A stretch of 64,000 nt of DNA from positions 96,001-160,000 of the forward strand of contig JAGSHN010000005.1 in the NCBI GenBank assembly GCA_029855935.1. Direction: 5' to 3'. This document shows positions 55,568 to 64,000 of the stretch, one piece after another. Every line of letters begins with the position of its first letter. The first letter of the stretch is position 1. A model generated the notes under the pieces. The model did not search any database and was not told the DNA's origin. It was given only the letters and a program-made list of their open reading frames with translations. The stretch comes from Candidatus Thorarchaeota archaeon (GTDB taxonomy: Archaea; Asgardarchaeota; Thorarchaeia; Thorarchaeales; Thorarchaeaceae). Both the position numbers and the translations under genes were made by a program.

Positions 55568-57496
55568 ATGACAGAGAACTACTCGTACAGGGACTTCTTT
55601 CCATATTCGTCAGCCCGAGAGGGGCAGATAGAGATGATGGAAACCATAGAGGAGTGCGTACGGACGGCTCGTCACGTGTGTGCAGAGGCGCCCAATGGAT
55701 TCGGCAAGACCTGTGTGACCCTCGCGGGTGTGCTTCCGTGGGTCAAGGAGAACGAGGGGAAGGTGCTCTATTGCGCAAGAACTCACAAGCAGCTCGACCG
55801 AGTGATGGAGGAGCTCGCAGAGATAGCAACCAAGACCGGCGCGTCGGGGGTTTCTTTCAGAGGACGCCAACATATGTGCATCAACGACTTTGTCACAGAG
55901 AACGCGGGGACTGTGGCACCGCTCAGTGAGGTGTGCGGCCACCTGAAGGCTGAGAGAAGGTGTCCCTACTATGAAAATCTCAGGCCATATCGCGGGACTG
56001 GCGACTTGCTGGCCGACTTTGACAAATCGGTCCTGACAGCGACCGAGATAGTGCAGTTCGGTCGCGAGGAGGAACTTTGTCCCTACGAACTCGCAAAGCT
56101 CCTTGCCAAAGAGGTTGATGTCGTGGCCCTCTCCTATCTGTATGTCTTCGATCCACATATCCTAGAGCGTTTTGCTCCCGAGCTGGAGATTCCACTGTCC
56201 AAGGTGGTGCTCGTGGAAGATGAGGCACACAATGTCCCGCACACTGCTCTTGATTCGGCCAGTGATGCGCTCACGCTCCGAACCATCCGACAGGCAATCA
56301 ATGAGGGGGGCACTTACAATGACGATTCATCAAAGAGGTTCTGCCGTGGACTCGCGCGTGTCCTGCTCGATTTGTCATCTGACATGAGCGACAATTCCGA
56401 GATGGTCATTCAACCAGATGATGTGATGGGACGGGTCAAGAGAGAAGCTGACCTGAGAGACTTGACCGAAGTCCTTGTCCACATGGTGGAGCTTGGACTG
56501 AGCATAAAGAGAGGGCTTGTCCGAGTCGGCAAGTATCCTGTGTCAGCCATTCATAGAGTGGCGGAGTTCACGATACGGTTCAGGCAGGTATCCAGCCGTG
56601 AAGACTTTGCCTTTCTTGTATCGTCAAGTATCACCCCCCGTGGGTCAAAACGTGTAGCCCTCGAGATTGTGGCTCTGGACCCCACCTCGGTCACAGCGCC
56701 AATCGTGAGAAGAGTTCATTCTGTGGTCGCGGTATCAGGAACCATGTCGCCACTCTGGGCCTACGCGGAGATGATGGGTCTCAACGCTGATACTAGGACG
56801 TTTGCGGTGAGGAATCCCTTCTCGAGGACGAGCCGGATTGCCCTTGTTGTCGACGGCTTGGATACGTCCTATGCAGAGAGAACCCGAGCACTGTTTGAGA
56901 GGATGGTCAATCATTGTGTTGCAGTGGCGCACTCCACACCCGGAAACACAGGAATCTTCACTACAAGCTACAAGGTGCTCCGAGAGCTATTGGCAGCAGG
57001 CCTAGGTAAGCGGCTGAAGAAGAAACTGTATGTTGAGAAACAGGGTGCCAAGAATACAGAGAATGATCGGCTCGTGGAACAGTTCAGGGAGAGCAGTACA
57101 CAGGGAGGAGCTGTTCTGCTGGGGGTGCAGGGTGGACGTAACTCTGAGGGCGGCGATTTCCCGGGCGACACGATGAACAGTGTCGTTGTGGTTGGAGTGC
57201 CCTACGCGCGTCCGACACCAAGAATTGGGGCGCTGATAGAATACTATGATGCTCGTTTCAATGGTCGGGGCAGAGACTACGCATATGTTCTCCCAGCGAT
57301 GACAAGGGCGATCCAAGCAGCAGGACGACCAGTGAGGAGACTAGAAGATAGGGGTGCCATAGTATTTTTGGACCAGAGATTTGCAACACCGTACCTGCGT
57401 CGCTTCCTGCCAGCGTGGCTCTCGGAGGTCCTTGAGGTCGTCCCAGACGATCCGTCGACCGTTGCGGAGCGGGTTCATTCATTCTTTGCCGGATGA
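55568..57496 (+). CDS. xpd: XPD/Rad3 (DinG family) Fe-S DNA helicase
   Basis: R.GQ, EAPNGFGKT, four Fe-S cysteines, DEAHN, SGT, SEGGDF, QAAGR.VR. Confidence 0.92.
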   Translation: MTENYSYRDFFPYSSAREGQIEMMETIEECVRTARHVCAEAPNGFGKTCVTLAGVLPWVKENEGKVLYCARTHKQLDRVMEELAEIATKTGASGVSFRGRQHMCINDFVTENAGTVAPLSEVCGHLKAERRCPYYENLRPYRGTGDLLADFDKSVLTATEIVQFGREEELCPYELAKLLAKEVDVVALSYLYVFDPHILERFAPELEIPLSKVVLVEDEAHNVPHTALDSASDALTLRTIRQAINEGGTYNDDSSKRFCRGLARVLLDLSSDMSDNSEMVIQPDDVMGRVKREADLRDLTEVLVHMVELGLSIKRGLVRVGKYPVSAIHRVAEFTIRFRQVSSREDFAFLVSSSITPRGSKRVALEIVALDPTSVTAPIVRRVHSVVAVSGTMSPLWAYAEMMGLNADTRTFAVRNPFSRTSRIALVVDGLDTSYAERTRALFERMVNHCVAVAHSTPGNTGIFTTSYKVLRELLAAGLGKRLKKKLYVEKQGAKNTENDRLVEQFRESSTQGGAVLLGVQGGRNSEGGDFPGDTMNSVVVVGVPYARPTPRIGALIEYYDARFNGRGRDYAYVLPAMTRAIQAAGRPVRRLEDRGAIVFLDQRFATPYLRRFLPAWLSEVLEVVPDDPSTVAERVHSFFAG

Positions 57497-58246
57497 TCTC
57501 CCGCGCGTAAGTACGAGCAGAGACGTTTCACCAGCAATCACCCGTTTCGCATCACGTGGCGAGAGACCATTGGACCCCGTCAGTTTCGTGAAGAGCTTCT
57601 GGAGTAGCCGTACATATACATCTCGCTCCTCAAGAATCATGTCAGCATCTGTAACAGGAACTCCGCCACGCAGCGCGATTAGGCGGGCCGAGGAACAATC
57701 ATCAGCACCATTCACTGTGGTATTCCGCTCATCGGTCAGCTCGACTGGCGACTCGTTGTCTATCATCTTGAGACTACGGAGATACAGCGCCCCGAAGAGT
57801 CTGGAGCCATTACCCACGCGAATGACAATGCTACAGTATGGAAATCGCTTCCTGATGGCAGAAGTCCAGAGGGCGGTCTTCCTTGCGGCATCACCTGGCG
57901 ATAGAGCAAGTGAAGACAGGATGTGTGCACCATCAATCAGGAGAGCCAGGCCAAATCGCATACCGGGATCAATACCAATGGTTGCTGTGTTCGGCCGTTC
58001 GATTCCCCGTAAGAGGGTCAGAGCCGCAATCAATGCATCCTCGATACTGTCAGTTGACTCTATGCCGACCAGATGTGGAATCGTCCCCGAGGCGTCGTCT
58101 GTCAGTACAGACCGAGCGACCCCGCAGATGGGATCGTTTGGATTGCGGACAACAAAGTCCACTCTCAAGTCTTTGAGTCGTTGAATCACAAGAAAGCGTA
58201 GACGTGAGTCATTGATAGCGACAACTATGGTATCGTGCAGCCCCAT
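57479..58246 (-). CDS. Hypothetical protein with RNase H-like (YqgF/RuvC-like) motif
   Basis: IGIDPG..FGLA, IRVGNG, DE..T, D..SA..IA; start uncertain. Confidence 0.65.
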   Translation of the reverse strand: MGLHDTIVVAINDSRLRFLVIQRLKDLRVDFVVRNPNDPICGVARSVLTDDASGTIPHLVGIESTDSIEDALIAALTLLRGIERPNTATIGIDPGMRFGLALLIDGAHILSSLALSPGDAARKTALWTSAIRKRFPYCSIVIRVGNGSRLFGALYLRSLKMIDNESPVELTDERNTTVNGADDCSSARLIALRGGVPVTDADMILEERDVYVRLLQKLFTKLTGSNGLSPRDAKRVIAGETSLLVLTRGRSSGKE

Positions 58247-58303
58247 ATTATCGACAGTCATGGAGCAGTTATCCTTATCACTTCTGCGCAATAGGGCAGA
58301 ATA

Positions 58304-59014
58304 GTGATGACAGAGAGTAGTGTCCTCAGCTCGGGACTGGGCTGTATAGACAGACTTCTGGAGGGAGGTCTGAGGGGTGGACAACTGATTCATATCTATG
58401 GAGAGGCTGCATCTGGAAAGAGCACACTTGCCTATGTCTTCATCAGGGCCGCGTACAGGATGGGCGGTGCGTCTGTCTTGCTGAACTGTGAAACCAGTTC
58501 GCCCGTCGAGCGGCTGGAGCAGGTCCTTGAACGACGAATAAGAGATGTACAGGACCACTTGCGTATCTTTGTGCCAAAGACCTTCGAGGAGCAGGCGGAG
58601 CTCATAGATGATCTCGACCTTTATCTGCCGGAAAATACTATGCTAGTAGTTGTTGACACACTGACCCGGCTGTATAGGGCTAGCCTAGAGGACAAGGAGA
58701 GCAATTATCGGATTCACAGAGAGCTGAACAGACAGATGGGAATATTGAAGGGCATTGCGACACAGCGTGGCCTTCCCGTGTTGGTGCTCAATCAGGTCAG
58801 AGCAGCTCTCAATGGTGATGAGAGCCGATTCGAGCCTGTTGCAAAGAGCATAATGGCATATTGGGCCGATGTCGTCATTCGAATGGAAGTTGGGAACCTG
58901 CGAGGTGAGAGGATTGTGTCCCGTACGGACCGCAAAGGCAAGCGTTCCGTCTGCCGGTTGGTATTGACTCAAGACGGGCTCGTTACAGCAGGCTCATCAT
59001 ATGAGAAAGAGTGA
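58304..59014 (+). CDS. radB: DNA repair protein RadB
   Basis: SG...ID.LL.GG, GEAASGKST, VVDT..LYR, LNQV. Confidence 0.82.
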   Translation: MMTESSVLSSGLGCIDRLLEGGLRGGQLIHIYGEAASGKSTLAYVFIRAAYRMGGASVLLNCETSSPVERLEQVLERRIRDVQDHLRIFVPKTFEEQAELIDDLDLYLPENTMLVVVDTLTRLYRASLEDKESNYRIHRELNRQMGILKGIATQRGLPVLVLNQVRAALNGDESRFEPVAKSIMAYWADVVIRMEVGNLRGERIVSRTDRKGKRSVCRLVLTQDGLVTAGSSYEKE

Positions 59015-59048
59015 TATAACCAACAAAGAAGCACGACAAGAATGTCAG

Positions 59049-59609
59049 ATGTACGAAGAGATTGCCGTCGTCGAGATCGCATTGTGGTTGGGACTCCCAG
59101 CATGGATTGCCAATGCAGTTCCAGTAATCTTAGGGGGAGGACGACCAATCGATGGCGGACGTCGCTTTAGGGATGGACGAAGAATACTCGGTGATGGCAA
59201 GACCATCAGGGGATTCGTTTCTGGTGTCGTACTGGGAACTGCCACTGGCATTGTTCAGGGCATAGTAGCCCCTTGGATACCCGCGCTCTTGGATAGGTTT
59301 ATTGTGGTGACCAATGACATGATTGAGGTCATCTACATCAGGCCCGATACGGCATTCTTGCTGTCTTTTGGGGCCTTGGTCGGGGACCTAGTGGGCTCGT
59401 TCATCAAACGGCGTGTAGGGCTCAGAAGCGGTGGACCAGCGCCAGTATTGGATCAGCTCGGATTTATTGTCATGGCATTGATAATGGCGGCACCTGTAAT
59501 TCAGCCAGCGTATCAGTACGTGAGCGTGCTGGTTATTCTGACGCTCATTGTTCACTATCTTAGCAACGTGGGAGGATATCTGCTGGGCTACAAGAGGCAC
59601 CCCTGGTAG
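59049..59609 (+). CDS. carS: CDP-archaeol synthase
   Basis: PAWIANA, PID.G....DGRR..GDGKT, GDL.GSFIKRR, LDQL. Confidence 0.95.
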   Translation: MYEEIAVVEIALWLGLPAWIANAVPVILGGGRPIDGGRRFRDGRRILGDGKTIRGFVSGVVLGTATGIVQGIVAPWIPALLDRFIVVTNDMIEVIYIRPDTAFLLSFGALVGDLVGSFIKRRVGLRSGGPAPVLDQLGFIVMALIMAAPVIQPAYQYVSVLVILTLIVHYLSNVGGYLLGYKRHPW

Positions 59610-59812
59610 TTAGAGGGCGAAACGCCGTGGCAACAGAGTCGGATGCCGAGGATGTGCCACAGCACTGTTGCGCCTGATCCTATTGAGGGGACCCACATCA
59701 GTGTAAACGTTATATTAAAAAGTACGTACGCGGGGCTATCCTCAAGTGCTCGGAGAGGTGATTCTCCGCACGCACAGTACAACCAATTCTTGATACCGGA
59801 GTCGTTTGAACA

Positions 59813-60664
59813 ATGAAGGTAGCAGACTTTATGCAGACGGACGTCGTTCATGTGCATGTCCCCGGGACTCGAGAGGACGTTCTGCAGCTGATGGCCGAGA
59901 AGCAGATTAACGGTCTTCCTGTGGTCAAGAAGGGGACGAAGAAACTCGTCGGGATTATCACCAGAACTGACCTCTTGCGGAAGGCCGACGAAGATCAGCT
60001 TGCTATGTTGATGGTACGTGACCCGCTGACAGTGACCCCGAGAACGACACTGAAGAAGGCTGCAGAACTCATGCTAAAGAGAGGCTATCGACGACTGCCG
60101 GTAGTTGAGGGAGAAGAACTGGTCGGGCTCATTTCGATACCGGACATTCTTGGTGCAATACTGGAGAATAATGAGGTGGCGCAGAATACTCCAATCCGGG
60201 AATTTGTCCGTAGGAGTATACTCAGTGTGTGGGAGAAGACCCCATTGCCTCTCGCATACATGATAATGGACATGGCCGGTCAGAACGCTCTTGTTGTGTT
60301 GAATGATCAGGGAGGGGTGACAGGCCTCATCACAGTGAGCGACTTCATCCGTATGTCGGAGGAAACCGTCGAGAACAACGTTTCCGCCACTTTCAGCGGA
60401 ACTGAGAATACAGTCGAGTGGGGCTGGACATCCAAGGAGTTTCTCATAGTGACGAAGAAGCTGCTGAGGCTGCCAGACGTGCCAGTGGAGAAGATTGTCA
60501 CAAGGGACATAATCAGCGTCACGGAAGTGACGACTGTGGCTGAATGTATCCGGACAATGCGGAAGAATGATATAGATCAGGCCCCGGTATTGTCAGCCTC
60601 AGGCAATCTGATTGGGATGATTGAGGACCGTGACCTGCTCAGCTTCGCAATCGAACAGATTTAG
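59813..60664 (+). CDS. Four-CBS-domain protein
   Basis: CBS repeats with the EWGW insert typical of an archaeal family. Confidence 0.88.
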   Translation: MKVADFMQTDVVHVHVPGTREDVLQLMAEKQINGLPVVKKGTKKLVGIITRTDLLRKADEDQLAMLMVRDPLTVTPRTTLKKAAELMLKRGYRRLPVVEGEELVGLISIPDILGAILENNEVAQNTPIREFVRRSILSVWEKTPLPLAYMIMDMAGQNALVVLNDQGGVTGLITVSDFIRMSEETVENNVSATFSGTENTVEWGWTSKEFLIVTKKLLRLPDVPVEKIVTRDIISVTEVTTVAECIRTMRKNDIDQAPVLSASGNLIGMIEDRDLLSFAIEQI

Positions 60665-63600
60665 AAGAAGTCCGTCAGAGCCGTCTGTTTCGACACGAAG
60701 AGAGAGTCTAGGGAGGCCTCCATCAGACGTACGCGTTCGCGGAGGTAGTTGCTGAGGTCGTATTCGTCCAACATTCTCTTTGCAATGTCAAGATACTTGG
60801 ATATGTTGCGTTCGCGGACCGTAAGGGATAGGCTTGCTCCACAGACGCATTTTCCTGAGAGAGGAACTCTTCGGTAGACTCTGTGGCATCTCAGGCACTG
60901 TATCTTCTGAGTGGAGTAAGCACGGAGATTGCCTCGAATGTCGCGGATGAAGTGGTGGGAGAGAACGCGCTCGGCCACATCCCTTGCGTCCACCGCAGCA
61001 ATGAGCTTTGCAATCTTCAACTGGGCCTCGAGCTTCTCGGCCATAGTACCGAGAACCTTGTACCTCGTGGTTTCTGGACCGGAATTGATGTTCGAGGTGC
61101 CGTGTGTGAACGCGAAACCCTCATACTGCGCAGCAGTCCCAAGACGCCTAGCCAGTATGTCTACAAGACGTTCCACGTCCTTTGGGCTACCACCGCGTGC
61201 GGCCATGTCATAAAACTCGGCGGGATACCGACCGCACACCTCCATGTTGTGACTCTCGTCATCCACCTCCGCAGGATTCAATATCACAGAGAGAACGAGA
61301 GGCGCATCCATAAAACCTCCGCGTCCCGCAGGGAGAAAGTGCTTCGAGAAATTGAGGAGCGCATCGAGTACCAGAATTACCGCATCCTCGTCACCATCGC
61401 AGTTTCGACGCTTGGCCGCGTGCCAGTATGGATGCGCATAGCATACACTGGCACTGGTAAAGCCGATTACCCGCCCTATGATTCCAGCCGATGTATGTGG
61501 AGCAAGACCAATTACAAGATGCCCCACAACATCGTCGCGTTTCTTGAACTTGTAGTACCGTGACATATTGTAGATCTTCTCTAGACAGTCGTCGACAAAC
61601 TTGCCCACTCGTACAAGGTAATCTGCACAGTTCTCAGGAACAACAATGTCCTGCACTTTCAGTTCTAGAACTTGATCCTCCGATGTTAGTGGCATGCCTT
61701 GGTAGTCCGTATGATATCCGAGACCGCGCAAACGTTCAACGGATACACCAATCTCTCGTGGCGTAAAATGAGTGAGTGGAGCATCTGTCGCGTCAAAGCG
61801 CGCAGTACCGTCTCGGTAGGAGTAGACTCCGTGCTTCGCTCTCAGAATTCCCTTACCGATATACTCGGGAATCTTGAAACTGCTGGTCAGTCCAAGAACA
61901 CCACGAACACCATACGTCTGTGTTTCGCCAATCTCGGACTTGACACGTTCGAGTAGTTCTCGCATGTCTATACTGTACGTTCTGGTCGCCTTGACGAGGT
62001 TGACATCGTGACCCAATGGGCACATTCCGGTCTTCGGATCCACAGGGCGACCACAGTCCTCATACGAACAGTAACGTATGATGTCGGTATGCGAGCCACA
62101 CTCGGGACATCGCGACTCGAAGGTGTTGTGATGGCAGGTGGGACATAAGCGATTGACCATCTCAACAGTTATCCCACGTGAGGCAGTGTCCAAAGAGTGA
62201 CCGGATCCATCCTCAGTGAGTACAGCTGAGGAGGAGTTTACACTCATTCCCTCGGCCACACGCTCCAGAGAGCGCTCACTCCCCATCTCTCTGCCAACTG
62301 GAAAGAGTACTTGGACAGGGGGATGCATGCGACGTTCTTCGGCTTTCTCCGGACGACCCATACGGGCACCTATTGAAACACCAAGCTTGTCACGAAGTGG
62401 AACCTCGGACACAGAGTTTAGGAGAGCAACCGCAGAGTCGCCAGAAGGGGTCGCCTCCGGCGAGCCTAGCTGAGCAAGGATTGTCACGGGGCTGTCTGCA
62501 AGAGTCAGATGCGCATGTGTTGGGATGTGTGGAATGCCCGCACGTTCTAATAGGGACTTGAAGTACTGATCGGATGGGATGACAATATGCTTAGCATCCT
62601 TGACCTCTAGTATCTCCATATTGGATAGTATCCAGTTTCTCAGCTCCATGACCTCTTCAGCGGAGAGGGCTTGCCAGCGATAGAGGTAGGAGGGGTGTAG
62701 TGGCACTCCGAAGACCTTTGAGAGAGCAACGGCCTGCTCGGGGGTAGGAGTGTGCGATAGAGGCAACTTGATGAACTGATCAAGAAGTTGTGCGGTCACT
62801 CCACACTTCGTCAATCGTCCTGCCAGTTCACGCTCAGGAACCGAACTCACAGCCCTCTCAAGATCGTGTGACCACCACTCCTCACAATACCCAATGGGCA
62901 CTAGCGGATGATTGTTCTCTATGAACTCTCCAACCGCCACTAGAATGTCACCAAGATAGAGAATCTTGGCAACACGGTCACGCACCTCAAGTGCTCTCTT
63001 GACAGTGGATATCTGTTCGACACTGCCATCATCCAGTAGCACTATCGGCCCTTCAATGGAGTCCACGGGCGCAGCAATAGAGCCCTTGCCAGGGCGTTCA
63101 GTGCGAATGTGCGTTCCCGGCGCCAAGAACTCGTCAACAAGATACATCGTGGCGGGGTGGATTCCGACACCAGCGAGGCCAGTGTTTCTGGATCGGCCAT
63201 AGCGGAGCCTAAAACCCCCTGTGCGGGAGGGGTGCGAGAATACGGGTCGTCCACCTATGACATCCTCAAGATACTCGGTCTTGGGCGCAATTGCCTTAGC
63301 GATATCATCACCAGTCTCTGCCTGCTTTGCCTTTGATGTTTTCTTCACAAGGTCCTCAAGCCATTCCCAACCCGGAATGTTGATTCTGCTCACTATGCGG
63401 GCGAGCTTCGCAGCTCGGCCGACCACTCCATCATTCAGAACAAGGACCATCCCGCTCCGTACACGGTTGGTCTCTATCCGGGGCAGGTCGCGGGTCCCTG
63501 ATACCTCAAAATCCTCGGTCGGTTCGCCAGTGAGCATTATGGGAAGATGGGATGCAGCGTAGCGAATCAGCTCTGGTTGTACAGAGTATTGTAGATGGAC

Positions 63601-63999
63601 GGCACGTGCGTACAGCTCGACCTCCTCTAGGGCACGCTCGACCTCCTCGGGTGTCGACTTTAGCGCAGGGAGACCTAGAACCTGCCGGACGTAATCTGTG
63701 ACCAAAACAGTCATTGCGGCCTCGGTGCCACCTGCAGCGCGAATGGGACCTGCAAGATAGAGCGCTAGGTATCGCTCGTCACCGGACCCGCGGATGCGTA
63801 CCTTTGCTATGCCCTCAAGAGGGGCTGCTGTGATGCTCTCCGTCAGAATTGAGAGAGCGACACGGACAGCCTTGTCGGCGGCCTTCTCAGGATCGGCGAT
63901 ATCGCCCAGCGTCCCCTGCGCAATCTCCTTGGCAATCTGGAACGCCACCTCTTCACGTGACATCTTGCTCTGGAGCTCGCGAATACGTGCGGCAACACC
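60661..63999 (-). CDS. polC: DNA polymerase D large subunit DP2, 5'-truncated by window edge; no intein
   Basis: AGPIR.AGGT, GGFRLRYGRSR, RMGRPEKA, HAAKRRNCDGDED, C-terminal PIP box QTALTDFF. Confidence 0.97.
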   Translation of the reverse strand, partial: GVAARIRELQSKMSREEVAFQIAKEIAQGTLGDIADPEKAADKAVRVALSILTESITAAPLEGIAKVRIRGSGDERYLALYLAGPIRAAGGTEAAMTVLVTDYVRQVLGLPALKSTPEEVERALEEVELYARAVHLQYSVQPELIRYAASHLPIMLTGEPTEDFEVSGTRDLPRIETNRVRSGMVLVLNDGVVGRAAKLARIVSRINIPGWEWLEDLVKKTSKAKQAETGDDIAKAIAPKTEYLEDVIGGRPVFSHPSRTGGFRLRYGRSRNTGLAGVGIHPATMYLVDEFLAPGTHIRTERPGKGSIAAPVDSIEGPIVLLDDGSVEQISTVKRALEVRDRVAKILYLGDILVAVGEFIENNHPLVPIGYCEEWWSHDLERAVSSVPERELAGRLTKCGVTAQLLDQFIKLPLSHTPTPEQAVALSKVFGVPLHPSYLYRWQALSAEEVMELRNWILSNMEILEVKDAKHIVIPSDQYFKSLLERAGIPHIPTHAHLTLADSPVTILAQLGSPEATPSGDSAVALLNSVSEVPLRDKLGVSIGARMGRPEKAEERRMHPPVQVLFPVGREMGSERSLERVAEGMSVNSSSAVLTEDGSGHSLDTASRGITVEMVNRLCPTCHHNTFESRCPECGSHTDIIRYCSYEDCGRPVDPKTGMCPLGHDVNLVKATRTYSIDMRELLERVKSEIGETQTYGVRGVLGLTSSFKIPEYIGKGILRAKHGVYSYRDGTARFDATDAPLTHFTPREIGVSVERLRGLGYHTDYQGMPLTSEDQVLELKVQDIVVPENCADYLVRVGKFVDDCLEKIYNMSRYYKFKKRDDVVGHLVIGLAPHTSAGIIGRVIGFTSASVCYAHPYWHAAKRRNCDGDEDAVILVLDALLNFSKHFLPAGRGGFMDAPLVLSVILNPAEVDDESHNMEVCGRYPAEFYDMAARGGSPKDVERLVDILARRLGTAAQYEGFAFTHGTSNINSGPETTRYKVLGTMAEKLEAQLKIAKLIAAVDARDVAERVLSHHFIRDIRGNLRAYSTQKIQCLRCHRVYRRVPLSGKCVCGASLSLTVRERNISKYLDIAKRMLDEYDLSNYLRERVRLMEASLDSLFVSKQTALTDFF

Positions 64000-64000
64000 T

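Noticed and set aside
60661-63999. Possible intein in PolD DP2
   Set aside because: The usual insertion site KRRN/CDGDED is uninterrupted and the length is normal.
1-64000. CRISPR arrays, rRNA genes, selenoprotein UGA read-through, prophage
   Set aside because: No regularly spaced repeats, rRNA-like tracts, in-frame UGA at catalytic Cys positions or viral hallmark genes were seen by eye.

Overview
Mostly housekeeping DNA from an archaeal chromosome, most likely an Asgard archaeon and probably Thorarchaeota-like. The taxonomy is inferred from gene content: PolD DP2, CarS, RadB, the eL42-eS27-aIF2a-Nop10 operon and several eukaryote-like proteins. The left edge (1-3163) is part of a methylation/restriction island: a Dam-like MTase ending in a PIP-box-like tail, an N4/N6 MTase with a degenerate duplicated domain, and a PUA/EVE-like + PD-(D/E)xK nuclease. 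Next come a thiol:fumarate reductase/fumarase cluster and many tRNA, translation and cofactor genes. There are four CCA-encoding tRNA genes. Two neighbours (Ile-CAU and Asn-GUU) carry apparent non-canonical introns at position 43/44 with the same relaxed BHB geometry, and tRNA-Asn has a second intron at 59/60. A three-way-junction element lies in the tRNA-Glu leader. A complete 997-bp IS5-family element (18-bp TIRs, 9-bp TSD) has a transposase frameshifted at a CT repeat. Small ORFs resemble eukaryotic ER-translocon, proteostasis and trafficking factors: OPTI/RAB5IF-EMC6, DC2/OSTC, Sec61beta, STT3-like AglB, PAC4/PSMG4 and Vps29. All protein calls are by motif recognition and comparison with recalled sequences; no database search was run.
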